Shown here piece after piece: positions 1 to 11,790 of a DNA stretch of 64,000 nucleotides. A program made the position numbers and the translations under genes. The notes under the pieces are model-generated. The model had not been told where the DNA came from and did not search any database. It was given only the letters and a program-made list of their open reading frames with translations. The stretch is from Macrostomum lignano (lineage: Eukaryota). Position 1 is the stretch's first letter, and every line of letters starts with the position of its first letter. The stretch spans positions 22,634 through 86,633 of the forward strand of contig NIVC01003635.1 in assembly GCA_002269645.1 (NCBI GenBank). Reading direction: 5' to 3'.

Positions 1-1904
1 GTAATTTTATTTTACGAATTATAGAATTAGGCCTGACACTATATATTTTGCAAAGTAAAACGAAGTGTAACTATATATTTTTTCAGCGCCATGCGCCATG
101 CGCGCCGCCAGAGCATTTCCAATTTTTCCTTGTACGCTGTGTGCGCCGTGTGTGCCAAAAAAGGGCCAATTTGCGCCGGAAAATTCACCAAAAACTGCCA
201 CCTTCCCAGCTATGGCCTTGTAGAAGGTGCTAAGGAGATACGGTTTTTTGCTTTTGGTAATTTGAAGCCCCTTATGAAATCCAACAGCTTTTCTAGGTAG
301 CTCTTATAATAACGCAATGAAAGGAAAGAATAAAATTTTACATTGTCTATATAGGGGCATTAAGAAAAAAAATTCATCCTGATTTCCCCAAAATTCATCT
401 TTTAGATCATTTTCTGTGTACAGTCAATGGCCATTTTGTTATATTCATTCATTTAAAAGCTCAAATTTCAATTTGTATTTCATACCTCCATTTTTCACGA
501 AGGACACATTTCTGTTTTTTTTGTTTTTTTGCTTCAACTTTTGGTGCCTATAACTTCTATTGTAGGGCATATTACACATCATTTCAATACTCATAGGAAA
601 GTATATTTTGTATACTTTCAGACATATATTTTGGATTTACTTACTTATATCATTTAGTGCCTCTTTGATCCAATTTGCATAACACACATTTGTACATTTT
701 TTTATTTTTGGGACACATTGTACAAAGCTCATTGGAACCCGCTATTTTAGGCCTACTTGTATCAAAAAAATCAAATTAACTATAATATGCCAAAATTACA
801 TTCCTTTCCTTATGTTCTAGGCAGTGCTCAAAAAGTCACAATCCTAAAAAAATACATTACCAAGAATTGATTTAGTAGCCCTACTTCATTGTATCTGATA
901 TTTTAAAAGAAATTTAGGCCTAGTCCATAATTCATAGGCCCTAAAACATAAATTTGAATAGTATAGTGACCAAGGACAGTCATTAATAATAATAATAATA
1001 ATAATAAACTTAGAATAAAAGTATAGGCCCTAAATTTTCCAAAAACTAGCATCTTTGTCCTAGACTTATTATTTTCACTTAAGAGATAGGCCTATGCCTA
1101 AAAGCTTAAATTTAACAATTATTTTCCTTAATTCATGTTTCAAATGATTCAATTAAAATAAGAGCCTAGAGAATAAAACACAATTATTTTCTAAACAAAC
1201 CATATAGTAGGTCCCCGTAGTGTTTAGTGAAAGTTTACTTTATACATGACAAATGAGTTTTCTGCCCCCACCTACCAAACACGGCTTACAGTCTACAATT
1301 ATAACTTGGTGGCATAAATGAGGCTAGGCCTATTTAAATTCAAGAAAAAAATGTGTGCACTAGGCCTACAACTTGGTCGCAGCAGAGGGATTGCAACAGG
1401 AACCACTGTCAAAGAAGGTAAAACAGTCAAAGAACTAAAATTCGTTTTTCTTGGAATTCGGATGTTCAAATTTTTAGTAGTTTACCGCGCCGGATTTAAA
1501 TTGAAAATTAGGCTTTTCATATTTAGCCTACCAATTCCAAAACCATAATCGGTTTAGAGCTATTCATATTGCCTGTTTCGTTTTCTTTTTTGGGGAACAA
1601 CTTATGGACCATAATCTAAAAGATTTTTCTGCAGCCGCATCTAGTCAAGACGCGACTAGCGACAAGGCAGTGTTCCAGAAGTCAGAACCGTGTTCTGGTT
1701 CTGGAATTTGGATTGAGAAATTCTCTCGATCTGTTGTCATGTTTCCATTGTAGCAGTAAAATATATTGGAAAATGTGAATTATTTATTTATTAATATTAT
1801 CAGAGTCTTTTGTTATTTCCCGGAGGAAACAAAGTCAAAAGAAAAACCAGTTTACAAAGACTGACAAAAATTAAAACAGATTCGATGCTTTTCAGCCACA
1901 GCCA

Positions 1905-3395
1905 CAAAACAGTCAGTCAACGTCACAGTTCGCCCAAGGCCATGCCGCTTCCGCTCCGTCCGCTGGTGCAGCAGGACCAGCGCCAACGGGACTTGGTCGC
2001 CGCGGCCGGAGTGGCCCAACAGCATCTGGCGGCGCCGGCGCAGGATAACGCTCAGGTCTGGAACGCCGGCGCCGGGCCATCAGGTCTCTGAAGGGCAACT
2101 TCGGGATAGTGCACGCCCAGGGCGTAGCGCAGCAGAGACCTGTGAAGCACTCCAGGGCTAGCTCTCGTGTGTCGGTCATCGGCACCCTTCCATGCCGTAC
2201 AGGATTCCATGCCGTACAGCATTCCATGCCGTACAGGAGGACCGGCTCCACGGCCGCGTGGAAGAGGCGCACCTTCAGGCCGTCCCTCGCAGCTGAGTTG
2301 AAGACATTCCTAAGCAGGTGCGTTGCGCGCCAGGGCCTGGTTCCGATTTCCCGTCGGAGACAATGGAGTCCGGACTCGTTGCTAGCGATCTGAGGTACCG
2401 GAAGTCCTCGCACATGGCGAGATGGCGTCTCCGTCGGGTAGCGAAAGTGCCGGGGCGGTGTCAGTGCCCATCGTGCATCACCTGTCTTGCGCGCGTTGAC
2501 CACCAGTCCCACCCGGGCGCCCTCATCACAGAGCCGGGAAAGAGTGCGTTGGGCAGCAGCTGGCCGCGGTCGCAACAGAGGAGCGCGGTATCATCGGCAT
2601 ACGCGAGAGCAGGCAGCGGAACAGCAGGATATCGGTAGCTTCGTCGTGGGACCAGCATATGTAGCAGTCATCTTCTTGATGGGAGCGACGCAGCAAATAA
2701 TCCACGACTATGATGAAAAGCAGGGGAGCCAGCGTGTCGCCCTGCACGACGCCGGAGGTTGTGCCGAAAACCTCAGTGGGTCCGTCGCTCGTCTGAACAA
2801 ACGCCCTGGAATCACTGTACAGCAGGTCCATCACTCCAGCTACCATGCAGTGCAGGGGGAACGCCGTAGTAGGACAGCAACTACGCGATCGCGAGCCTGA
2901 GCACCGAGTCAAACGCCTTACGGAAGTCCATGAAGACGATCGACACTGCATGCATGCTCGTTGGCGGGTCTTGCAGGCCTCGATGACGGTGAACCTGCTC
3001 TGTGGTGGACCTGCCCGGGCGGAAGCCGCTCTGAAGACTCAGCAGCATCTGTTTGAGGCCAGGCAGAAGGCGGTTGCGGAGCACTGCATTCAGCAGCTTC
3101 GCCATGGTGTACTCCAGCGCGATGCCGCGATGATTGTCCAGGCTTTTAGAGGCCCCCTTCTTTGGGATCGAAACGATCTTCCAGATGCGTCATTGTGGTG
3201 GGGCACATGCAGCCACGTCGCCTCCAACTCTGCTTGGGCAGCTTCAGGACCACCCTGGCGGGAATGGAATCGACCCCAGAGGCGGCATCAGCGCGCATGG
3301 TCTTTAAGGCCCGGCCAACTTCCTCGGAAGAGATATTGGGTATCGACAACAGTAGAGCAGTAGCGTTGAGCACATCGCTCTAGTGTGAGACCAGC
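1905..3395 (-). mobile_element. Decayed, 5'-truncated non-LTR retrotransposon (RTE-like) reverse transcriptase
   Basis: RT motifs spread over frameshifted minus-strand ORFs: QSGFRPGRSTTEQV, VFMDFRKAFDSV, GVVQGDTLAPLLFIIVVDYLL, LAYADDTALL, KVRLFHAAVEPVLLYG; GC-rich against AT-rich flanks. Confidence 0.85.
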
Positions 3396-3404
3396 TGGGC
3401 TTAC

Positions 3405-3935
3405 TCTCAGGGATCTCACACACCTGAGAAAGATCCTCTCAGGTATCTCACACTTGGATATATCCTTTCAGGGATCTCACACCTGAGATAGATCCTATCA
3501 GGGATCTCACACACCTGAGATAGATCTTCTCAGGGATCTCACACACCTGAGATAGATCTTCTCGGGGATCTCACACCTGAGATTGATCCTCTCAAGATGA
3601 TCTCACACCTGAGATAGATCCTCTCAGGGATCTCACACCTGTGATAGATCCTCTCAGTGATCTCACACACCTGAGATAGATCTTCTCGGGGATCTCACAC
3701 CTGAGATTGATCCTCTCAAGATGATCTCACACCTGAGATAGATCCTCTCAGGGATCTCACACCTGTGATAGATCCTCTCAGTGATCTCACACACCTGAGA
3801 TAGATCTTCTCAGGGATCTCACACACCTGAGATAGATCTTCTCGGGATCGCACACCTGAGATTGATCCTCTCAATATGATCTCACACCTGAGATAGATCC
3901 TCTCAAGCGGATCTCACACCTGAGATAGATCCATT
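3405..3935. repeat. About 30-bp minisatellite (GATCTCACACCTGAGATAGATCCTCTCAGG), array 1
   Basis: Imperfect tandem units, each with inverted repeat ATCTCA-CACC-TGAGAT. Confidence 0.9.
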
Positions 3936-4713
3936 CACCTACTCTGGACCTCTCATCCAAGATAAATATTTTCAGAATCTCACGCTTCGAAGGCCATTGT
4001 AAGAGATGAACTCATTTAGAATAGCCGTAACATCTTGGAATCTGACGCTCATATGGCGTCATTTAATTCCATTTAGCAGCGTGAGATGGGGGTGGGGTGG
4101 CCAGACCTGCAAATGGCGCCACCTTTTTGGTAGACAATGCGCAGTTTTTAGTGCTTGCCGTTGATTTACTAAATAAGAGGACGAGCTAAATAAATAAGAT
4201 AATTTTCGCGTCTTACTTCAGCAAAAAATCATGCAATGAGCAGTCGATTATGATTCTGTTAACTAGCTACTATAGATGTGAACAGGAAATCTTGGACAAA
4301 GTTTAGTATTTTAAAAACTCAAGAAGATAGAGACGTAGCTCATAATTGAGGCTTCATACATTTATTGGTACCGAGAAAACATACTTGAATACTCTGGTTG
4401 TGCACGAGATTTGAACTAGCTTAACGAGATTCAATAGCTATTTGTGTTTTTTTCTTTCAAATATCAGAAAAAGCAAGAGCCTCGCTGATAATAATATTAA
4501 CAAACAAAATTACTTGAAAAATTGAAAATCTAACTGTTAGAAATCAAAAAAGTATTGTGAAAACAATTTGTTAGAGTAATATTTTTTTTCAAATCTTTGG
4601 CAAATCTTTAACGATAAATTGATGAAAGCAGATTTTGAATAAAATTGTTGATACTATGCAATAAAAAAGGTAAAAACTTAAAAGTCTTCTTTTATAATAT
4701 TTTAGCTTTTAAA

Positions 4714-5619
4714 TCAAGAAGTACTGAAGTAGTTTAGTTCAGTTGTCCATACTACAACTGTGGGCTCTTCCTCATCAGCTGAGCACCTGCAGCAACAGGC
4801 ACAAAAACAGCAGATAGCGACGAAAGCTAAGCCGCCTCCACCTCCGGCGCCAATAATGACAATAATCGAGGTTCCCCCACCACTCTTCTTAGCAGTGCGA
4901 CTTTCCAGTTCATTGCCAGACTTCAGAACCAGCAGCTCTGGCATTGTTGGCGTGGTTGGAACTTCAGCTGCCGCAGTTGGCTTGGCTGGAACTTCAACTG
5001 CCGTAGTTGACTTGGCTGGAACTTCAGCTGCCGCAGTTGGCTTGGCTGGAACTTCAACTGCCGCAGTTGACTTGGCTGGAACTTCAACTGCCGAAGTTGG
5101 CTTGGCTGGAACTTCAACTGCCGCAGTTGACTTGGCTGGAACTTCAACTGCCGCAGTTGGCTTGGCTGGAACTTCAGCTGCCGCAGTTGACTTGGCTGGA
5201 ACTTCAGCTGCCGCAGTTGGTTTGGCTGGAACTTCAACTGCCGTAGTTGACTTGGCTGGAACTTCAGCTGCCGCAGTTGGTTTGGCTGGAACTTCAACTG
5301 CCGTAGTTGACTTGGCTGGAACTTCAACTGCCGCAGTTGACTTGGCTGGAACTTCAACTGCCGCAGTTGGTTTGGCTGGAACTTCAGCTGCCGAAGTTGG
5401 CTTGGCTGGAACTTCAACTGCCGCAGTTGGCTTGGCTGGAACTTCAACTGCCGCAGTTGACTTGGCTGGAACTTCAACTGCCGCAGTTGACTTGGCTGGA
5501 ACTTCAACTGCCGCAGTTGACTTGGCTGGAACTTCAACTGCCGCAGTTGGCTTGGCTGGAACTTCAGCTGCCAGAAGCAGCAGTAAGGCAATTGGCAAAA
5601 GGCACTGTCTAGCAATCAT
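4714..5619 (-). CDS. Type I membrane repeat protein, paralog 1 (signal peptide, 20 x EVPAK[P/S]TAA[V/A], TM, Cys-rich tail); 301 aa from ATG 5619
   Basis: MIARQCLLPIALLLLLAA signal-like N-terminus, 20 full 10-aa units, TM SIIVIIGAGGGGGLAFVAICC, tail CFCACCCRC; the ORF track start at 5625 is TTG. Confidence 0.8.
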   Translation of the reverse strand: MIARQCLLPIALLLLLAAEVPAKPTAAVEVPAKSTAAVEVPAKSTAAVEVPAKSTAAVEVPAKPTAAVEVPAKPTSAAEVPAKPTAAVEVPAKSTAAVEVPAKSTTAVEVPAKPTAAAEVPAKSTTAVEVPAKPTAAAEVPAKSTAAAEVPAKPTAAVEVPAKSTAAVEVPAKPTSAVEVPAKSTAAVEVPAKPTAAAEVPAKSTTAVEVPAKPTAAAEVPTTPTMPELLVLKSGNELESRTAKKSGGGTSIIVIIGAGGGGGLAFVAICCFCACCCRCSADEEEPTVVVWTTELNYFSTS

Positions 5620-5736
5620 CTTCAAGGGTTTAGTCTAGTTGGCTATTATAACAATAGCAAGCAACAATTACTGTGGTGGACGACTGTTTCCGAGCGTTTA
5701 AAAACTTCGGTTAGCATATTTCGTCAGATGCATATA

Positions 5737-5763
5737 GACTTATATAGAAATTTAGTAACAAGG
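5737..5763 (-). promoter_or_regulatory. TATA-containing block upstream of paralog 1
   Basis: Minus strand CCTTGTTACTAAATTTCTATATAAGTC about 120 nt upstream of the ATG; conserved upstream of all three paralogs. Confidence 0.55.
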
Positions 5764-6084
5764 TACTTCTTGAGAAAAAAACTGAATTTTTGAGCCAACT
5801 CTTGCCTAAGTAGAGTAAAGTATCCTACGAGCTAAGTAGAAAAACGTGTGATGTTTTTTGCTCGCAACTTCTTTTAATTCTCGTGTCAGAGATAAAATTA
5901 AACCAATTAATACGACTCGAATCCTGGATTTCAAGGCCGACTTATAGTAAACACGAAATGCGCTCAATTGCATTCGTCTCTTGACCGAATATGTTGTCTA
6001 GCAAGCGATGCCTAAAATACATCTAAATACGATTCCTTCATTTCTAATCTATGAAATCTCGTTAATGAATAAGAATCTCACAAA

Positions 6085-6395
6085 CCTGAGTTGGATCCTC
6101 TCAAGGATTTCACACCTGGGATAGATCCTCTCAAGGATTTCACACCTGGGATAGATCCTCTCAAGGATTTCACACCTGGGATAGATCCTCTCAAGGATTT
6201 CACACCTGGCATAGATCCTCTCAAGGATTTCACACCTGGGATAGATCCTCTCAAGGATTTCACACCTGGGATAGATCCTCTCAAGGATTTCACACCTGGG
6301 ATAGATCCTCTCAAGGATCTCACACCTGGGATAGATCCTCTCAAGGATCTCACACCTGAGATGGATCCTCTCAAGGATCTCACACCTGAGATGGA
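6085..6395. repeat. 30-bp minisatellite (GATAGATCCTCTCAAGGATTTCACACCTGG), array 2
   Basis: About 10 near-identical units, same family as 3405-3935. Confidence 0.92.
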
Positions 6396-6857
6396 TCCAT
6401 TCAGCTACACTGAATCTCATACCTAACGCACGTCGTAAATCTTTTCAGAATCTCGCACTTCGAACGCCAGTAAGGTGTAAAAGATGAACTCAATTAGAAT
6501 AAGTCGCAACATCTGGGAGCTAGACTCGACGCCCATATGGCGTCATGTATTTCTATTTTAGCGGCGTGAGATAGGGGTGGGGTGACCAAACCTTGCACGA
6601 TGGCGCCACTTTTTATCGTACGAGCTTGTAGACAATGCGCAGCTTTTAGTGCTTCACGTTGATCTAGCTCGCACATACCAAGAAGAGAAGTAAACAAGAT
6701 AACTGTGAATTGAATTTTTACATTTTTGCCACTCTTTTTGCGCACGAGATTTTAACTCCTCCATGTGAAAAAATGTCTAATATCAATTTGCCTCAGTTAA
6801 CATCCGGAAAAAAATTGAGAATCTCGAGTACTTATTGAACAATAGTACAAGTAATAA

Positions 6858-7247
6858 TTAAAAAATTGTCGACAAATTGAACATCGAACATCGAACGACG
6901 AACACTGTGCCGCCTCCGCCTCCGGCGCCAATAATAACAATAATTGAGGTTCCCCCACCACTCTTCATAGCAGTGCGACTTTCCAGTTCATTGCCAGACT
7001 TCAGAACCAGCAGCTCTGGCATAGTTGGCGTGGTTGGAACATCAGCTGCCGTAGTTGAGTTGGCTGGAACTTCAACTGCCGCAGTTGGTTTGGCTGGAAC
7101 TTCAACTGCCGCAGTTGACTTGGCTGGAACTTCAACTGCCGCAGTTGGCTTGGCTGGAACTTCAACTGCCGCAGTTGGCTTGGCTGGAACTTCAGCTGCC
7201 AGAAGCAGCAGTGAAGCAATTGACAAAAAGCACTGTCTAGCAATCAT
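6858..7247 (-). CDS. EVPAK-repeat protein, paralog 2 (5 units; TM/C-terminus diverged)
   Basis: MIARQCFLSIASLLLLAA + repeats + linker nearly identical to paralog 1 (PTTPTMPELLVLKSGNELESRTA); diverges after GAGGGGG. Confidence 0.72.
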   Translation of the reverse strand: MIARQCFLSIASLLLLAAEVPAKPTAAVEVPAKPTAAVEVPAKSTAAVEVPAKPTAAVEVPANSTTAADVPTTPTMPELLVLKSGNELESRTAMKSGGGTSIIVIIGAGGGGGTVFVVRCSMFNLSTIF

Positions 7248-7370
7248 CTTCAGGGTTTCTTTAGTCTCCAGTTTGTGATTTAACAATAGCAAACAACACA
7301 AGGTTAGGTTATAACTGACTGTTTACGAGCGGTTTAATTAAAATTCGCTAGCATTTCGGCAAAAGCATTT

Positions 7371-7400
7371 ACTTATATATATAGAAATTTAGTAACAAGG
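7371..7400 (-). promoter_or_regulatory. TATA-containing block upstream of paralog 2
   Basis: Plus strand ACTTATATATATAGAAATTTAGTAACAAGG, homologous to 5737-5763. Confidence 0.5.
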
Positions 7401-7736
7401 TACTTCGATCTTTTTTGAGAAGAAAGCTGAATTCGTGAGCCACTCTTGCCCCTCCATCTGCAAGCTCAAAGCAGCATTACCTACTTTATGTATACGTACA
7501 ATTGTACGGTCACGGAAGCTTTTTGTGCAAAGCAAAGATTGAGAAATTCCAATCTCGCTACTTCTACTCTTAGTAGTGAGTTCGCGATATTATAATCATA
7601 GATAGCTTTTTAAAGATTAGAAATTTTTTATTAAATATTCCAAGACTGGTAGACTAACTTTCAGGCTGAACAGTGGCTAATCTCATCCAGTCTCGGTCTC
7701 TCAATCTTAATTACTGACCTCAGAACATCTTTAGCA

Positions 7737-8270
7737 TGCGTCGCGGCGGCAGCAGCGTCTGAGCGGCCTTCCGTTCGATCCGAGCCGTCCTCCAGTCCGA
7801 AGCGCTGCCCGACCGCCAGAGGGCTCGGCTGTGGCAGGCGGTGGTCGAAACCGTCCTGCTATACAACGCCGAGACGTGGACGCTGACGGCTACGCTAGAG
7901 CGGCAGCTGGACTAGGCGCACTCAGGGCTGCTCCGTGCGGCCTTTCGAGCTGACGAGAGCGTCGGGACCGAGGCCCTGTACGATCGGGCCAAGCTGCAGC
8001 GCCCGTCCACCATCCTGCGCCGGCGGCGACCTCAACTGGCGGGCCACGCGATCCGGGCCGAGGGCTACTGCCCCCAACCTGTTCAGGACGTCCTGCTTCT
8101 CACCTTGCAGGGCCGTTCACGCGGGGTCACGCCCGAAACCGTCGATACGTGGACTGCCTGCCGTGCGATGCCGGGGGCGCCCGACACTGCCAACGGGGCA
8201 GACTTGGTCGCACCCTGCACTGTGATCTTGCATTCTGGGGCTGCGTATTTTGTTGTTGTTGCTGTTGTTA
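7737..8270 (+). mobile_element. 5'-truncated RTE-like LINE 3' fragment with probable TSD TTAGCA
   Basis: Translates to RARLWQAVVETVLLYNAETWTLT...ILRRRRLQLAGHAIR; ends in (TTG)n-like tail; TTAGCA at 7731-7736 and 8271-8276. Confidence 0.75.
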
Positions 8271-8719
8271 TTAGCAACACATCACTTCATCTTCACCTGG
8301 GGAGCCAACAAAGAATGGAATACAATTTTTTTGAATAAAGCGACGTCGCTTCTTCTGACCTCAGCCTAAAGTCTCTTAGCCATTCCCCGTAAGCCTTGAC
8401 ATCTCAGTAATTTTCCCCAAGTGCCACAGCATTATAGCAGTTCCTAAATGAATCTTTCATGTTTTACATAACGCTTTCTCATAACGAAGCCTGGAAGATT
8501 ATTTTGAAGCTCCAAGGCAGCAACAGCTAGGTTTTTAAACTCTGCGTAGCACAGGCACACCATCTTGCTGAAGTCAAATCTGCCAAACATGCAATTCCAA
8601 AAGCATTGTGAAGGTTAGCATCCTTTTTTGTCCAAAAAGCCTTCATTTCCATATTATCTAAAACTAATCTAAGCTTCTCACCAATGTTTTGGGCTTTAGG
8701 CTTCCACCACTGCAGTACT

Positions 8720-9085
8720 TCTCTCCTCAAGGGTAGCGCCGGTAGTTGCTGTCACCAGTCCCTGAGGGTCCTAGTCTTCGGTGAGGTGAGGGTCTCGTCG
8801 GAACAAAAATAAACAAGACCAGCGGGCAGATTCACGACTCCAACGACCGCAGGTTAGCAGATCCTGCAAGGCTCAGTGAGGCGACTGGGTCAGAGCAGAC
8901 TCAGTTGTCTGGGTTTAGGATGAGAACTGATTCACAGAACACGGGCACTGGAATTCGAACACAATAATATAATGGAAATCGGGATTGTGAAAAAGACTTA
9001 AATCTGCTGGAATCTGGTCCGTATTTATAGCCGGGGGAACCCCATTGGCCAAGCGAGATATGACGTGAGAAACTCACGTGGCGCA
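8720..9085 (-). mobile_element. Possible LTR/promoter fragment
   Basis: Minus strand GGCCAATGG followed by CTATAAATA, layout resembling the LTR-like segments at 13.9 kb and 58 kb; no termini found. Confidence 0.3.
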
Positions 9086-9087
9086 AC

Positions 9088-10075
9088 CTAACACTAACCC
9101 TAAGCAAACCCTATCATAAAGCCTTAATTCATCATCTAAATCAAAGGCAAATACTCGTAATTTTGTTCTTTCTCCACAAAGCTATAGTTCAAGGGAATCC
9201 AAAAAGAAAGGGAATTCAAAACGTCCAGGAATGAGAATCCTGAGGGAATACCAATTAGTTGAGGAAAGGGAATCCTGAGGGAATACCAATTAGTTGAGGA
9301 AAGAGAATCCTGAGGGAATACCAATTAGTTGAGGAAAGAGAATCCTGAGGGAATACCAATTAGTTGAGGAAATGGAATCCAGAGGGAATACCAATTAGTT
9401 GAGGAAAGAGAATCCCGAGGGAATACCAATTAGTTGAGGAAAGAGAATCCTGAGGGAATACCAATTAGTTGAGGAAAGAGAATCCTGAGGGAATACCAAT
9501 TAGTTGAGGAAAGAGAATCCTGAGGGAATACCAATTAGTTGAGGAAAGAGAATCCTGAGGGAATACCAATTAGTTGAGGAAAGAGAATCCTGAGGGAATA
9601 CCAATCAGTTGAGGAAAAAGAATCCAGAGGGAATACCAATTAGTTGAGGAAATGGAATCCAGAGGGAATACCAATTAGTTGAGGAAAGAGAATCCAGAGG
9701 GAATACCAATTAGTTGAGGAAAGAGAATCCTGAGGGAATACCAATTAGTTGAGGAAAGAGAATCCCGAGGGAATACCAATTAGTTGAGGAAAGAGAATCC
9801 CGAGGGAATACCAATTAGTTGAGGAAAGAGAATCCTGAGGGAATACCAATTAGTTGAGGAAAGAGAATCCTGAGGGAATACCAATTAGTTGAGGAAAGAG
9901 AATCCAGAGGGAATTCCAATTAGTTGAGGAAAGAGAATCCAGAGGCAATACCAAATCCTGGCATAAAGTGAATCCCAAGGGAATTCCCAGAGGCAACAAA
10001 TTTCAAGAACATCTCCAATTGTTCTCACCCGAGTCAAACGATTCTCAGCGAGCGTATTTCCGAGATACGACTGCA
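9088..10075 (-). other. Diverged copy of the RAD54L2 exon 6 end / intron 6 start, interrupted by a satellite
   Basis: 9088-9205 aligns with about 20995-21100; 9965-10075 aligns with about 21125-21240 across the donor (CTCACCYGAGTCAAACGAYTCTCAGC). Confidence 0.7.
9241..9945. repeat. 35-bp minisatellite (GAGGGAATACCAATTAGTTGAGGAAAGAGAATCCT)
   Basis: About 20 near-identical head-to-tail units, no unique spacers. Confidence 0.95.
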
Positions 10076-10500
10076 ACCCCGTCCCGTATAACAGATGAAA
10101 TCTTTTATGCCGCAGGTTAAAATATCAAGAAGAGCACCAGAAGCTTCTGCCCAACCTAAAACAAACTACATGCTATACTACTATCAGCGAAATTTAGGTA
10201 AGTAGTAGGATACGTCTGTGCTGTCTATTTAGAGTTTCAATTAATTAAAAAATTTTTTTTAACTTAGTTAAAACAAGGTTTTTTATTTTTTATGCAGAAT
10301 GATAGCGCCGACAGTCACTCCGATCTCTGATCAAGATTGAACCAAATTACTGAAGTGTTGGCAGCAGAATTAGTTAAAATGCTTTTTGGGAGCAGGATAC
10401 GAGCTTAAATCGACATGGTCCTAAATTATGAAGCTCTGAAAATCGATGCTAAAACTTTGTTCTTAACTCTTTCGTCAGTTCGCTAGCTTCCTTAGCTTAA

Positions 10501-10985
10501 TTGGATCTCACACCTGAGATGGAGTGTCAGTATCTCACACCTGAGATAGATCCTGTCAGTATCTCACACCTGAGATAGATCCTGTCAGTATCTCACACCT
10601 GAGATAGATCCTGTCAGTATCTCACACCTGAGATAGATCCTGTCAGTATCTCACACCTGAGATAGATCCTGTCAGTATCTCACACCTGAGATAGATCCTG
10701 TCAGTATCTCACACCTGAGATAGATCCTGTCAGTATCTCACACCTGAGATAGCTCCTGTCAGTATCTCACACCTGAGATAGATCCTGTCAGTATCTCACA
10801 CCTGAGATAGCTCCTGTCAGTATCTCACACCTGAGATAGATCCTGTCAGTATCTCACACCTGAGATAGATCCTGTCAGTATCTCACACCTGAGATAGATC
10901 CTGTCAGTATCTCACACCTGAGATAGATCCTGTCAGTATCTCACACCTGAGATAGATCCTGTCAGTATCTCAGTATCTCACAGTT
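10501..10985. repeat. 29-bp minisatellite (GTATCTCACACCTGAGATAGATCCTGTCA), array 3
   Basis: About 16 highly homogeneous units, same hairpin core as arrays 1 and 2. Confidence 0.93.
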
Positions 10986-11024
10986 TGTACGCGAACTTTT
11001 GTAACACCTACCTTTGTAGTACCG

Positions 11025-11290
11025 GAGCAACTACCGGATCTGCTCGCTGCATTTTTCGGAAAGGTTCTTTGTAACCAACTCTCAGGACTCCAACTCCAGC
11101 CGCAAGCGCTCCTCATTTGCAGATGCAGATGGACAAGCAAAGAAGCTGAAAAATCGACGGTTGGTTAACTTCTGATGCCGTACCCAGCATCCTTCCAAAC
11201 GCGCCATCCTACTTCATCGAAACTGTTCCTGAGAAACGACCTACCACAATGACATCTGCTCAGACTCGGCGAGAGTGGCATGCGTCGCTG
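11025..11290 (+). pseudogene. THAP zinc-finger remnant (P/Galileo-type transposase N-terminus)
   Basis: NYRICSLHF (C2CH C-terminal half) then, after a +1 shift, LTSDAVPSILPNAPSYF (AVPTIF-like box). Confidence 0.6.
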
Positions 11291-11790
11291 CGAGGATGAG
11301 GCACAAACATTTTGAAGTCAAAACTGTCTGAGAAATGAGCTATAGCTCTGATGTATACTCGTAGTAGACTTTGCTTTTGTTTTATAGAGTCATACAAAGT
11401 ATTTTTATACAGCTTGCCCCAGCAATTTTCTGCTCTGTAGGTAAGCTAATTTCACTCTCTTTTGCTTGATTATCACCTAAGGGTAACCATTTCATTTTTT
11501 ATTTCATATGTTTGCATAGCCTGAAGGGTTGTAAAGTATTTTTCTCGCACTAACAAAACGGAAGTTTTTTGAATAATACAAATTAACCTTGGAGACCTAA
11601 AGTTCTGAATGTTTTGCGTTGAATAGTGCAAACCGCATCTTTCTATGACTTTTAGTTAAAAAGTTATCAATCATAGAAATGAAAAAACGTTGCATTTTCC
11701 TATTCATTCACTGCTTTCCAATTGGGGTTTTACCCCTAAACTTGTTATGCTGCCTAAACTAGTGTCCCTTCCTGGGGAGTGCAGCAACCA

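Noticed and set aside
4760-5638. Antisense and alternate-frame ORFs over the EVPAK genes (VGLAGTSTAA, LKFQPSQLRQ, WLELQLPQL)
   Set aside because: By-products of a stop-free 30-bp repeat; only the minus frame has signal peptide, TM and an upstream TATA.
6049-6426. ORFs DPLKDFTPGI / RCEILERIYP
   Set aside because: Translations of the 30-bp satellite; the sister arrays have other unit lengths that break the frame.
9241-9945. Regular 27-35-bp arrays as CRISPR
   Set aside because: Head-to-tail units with no unique spacers, no cas genes, eukaryotic context.
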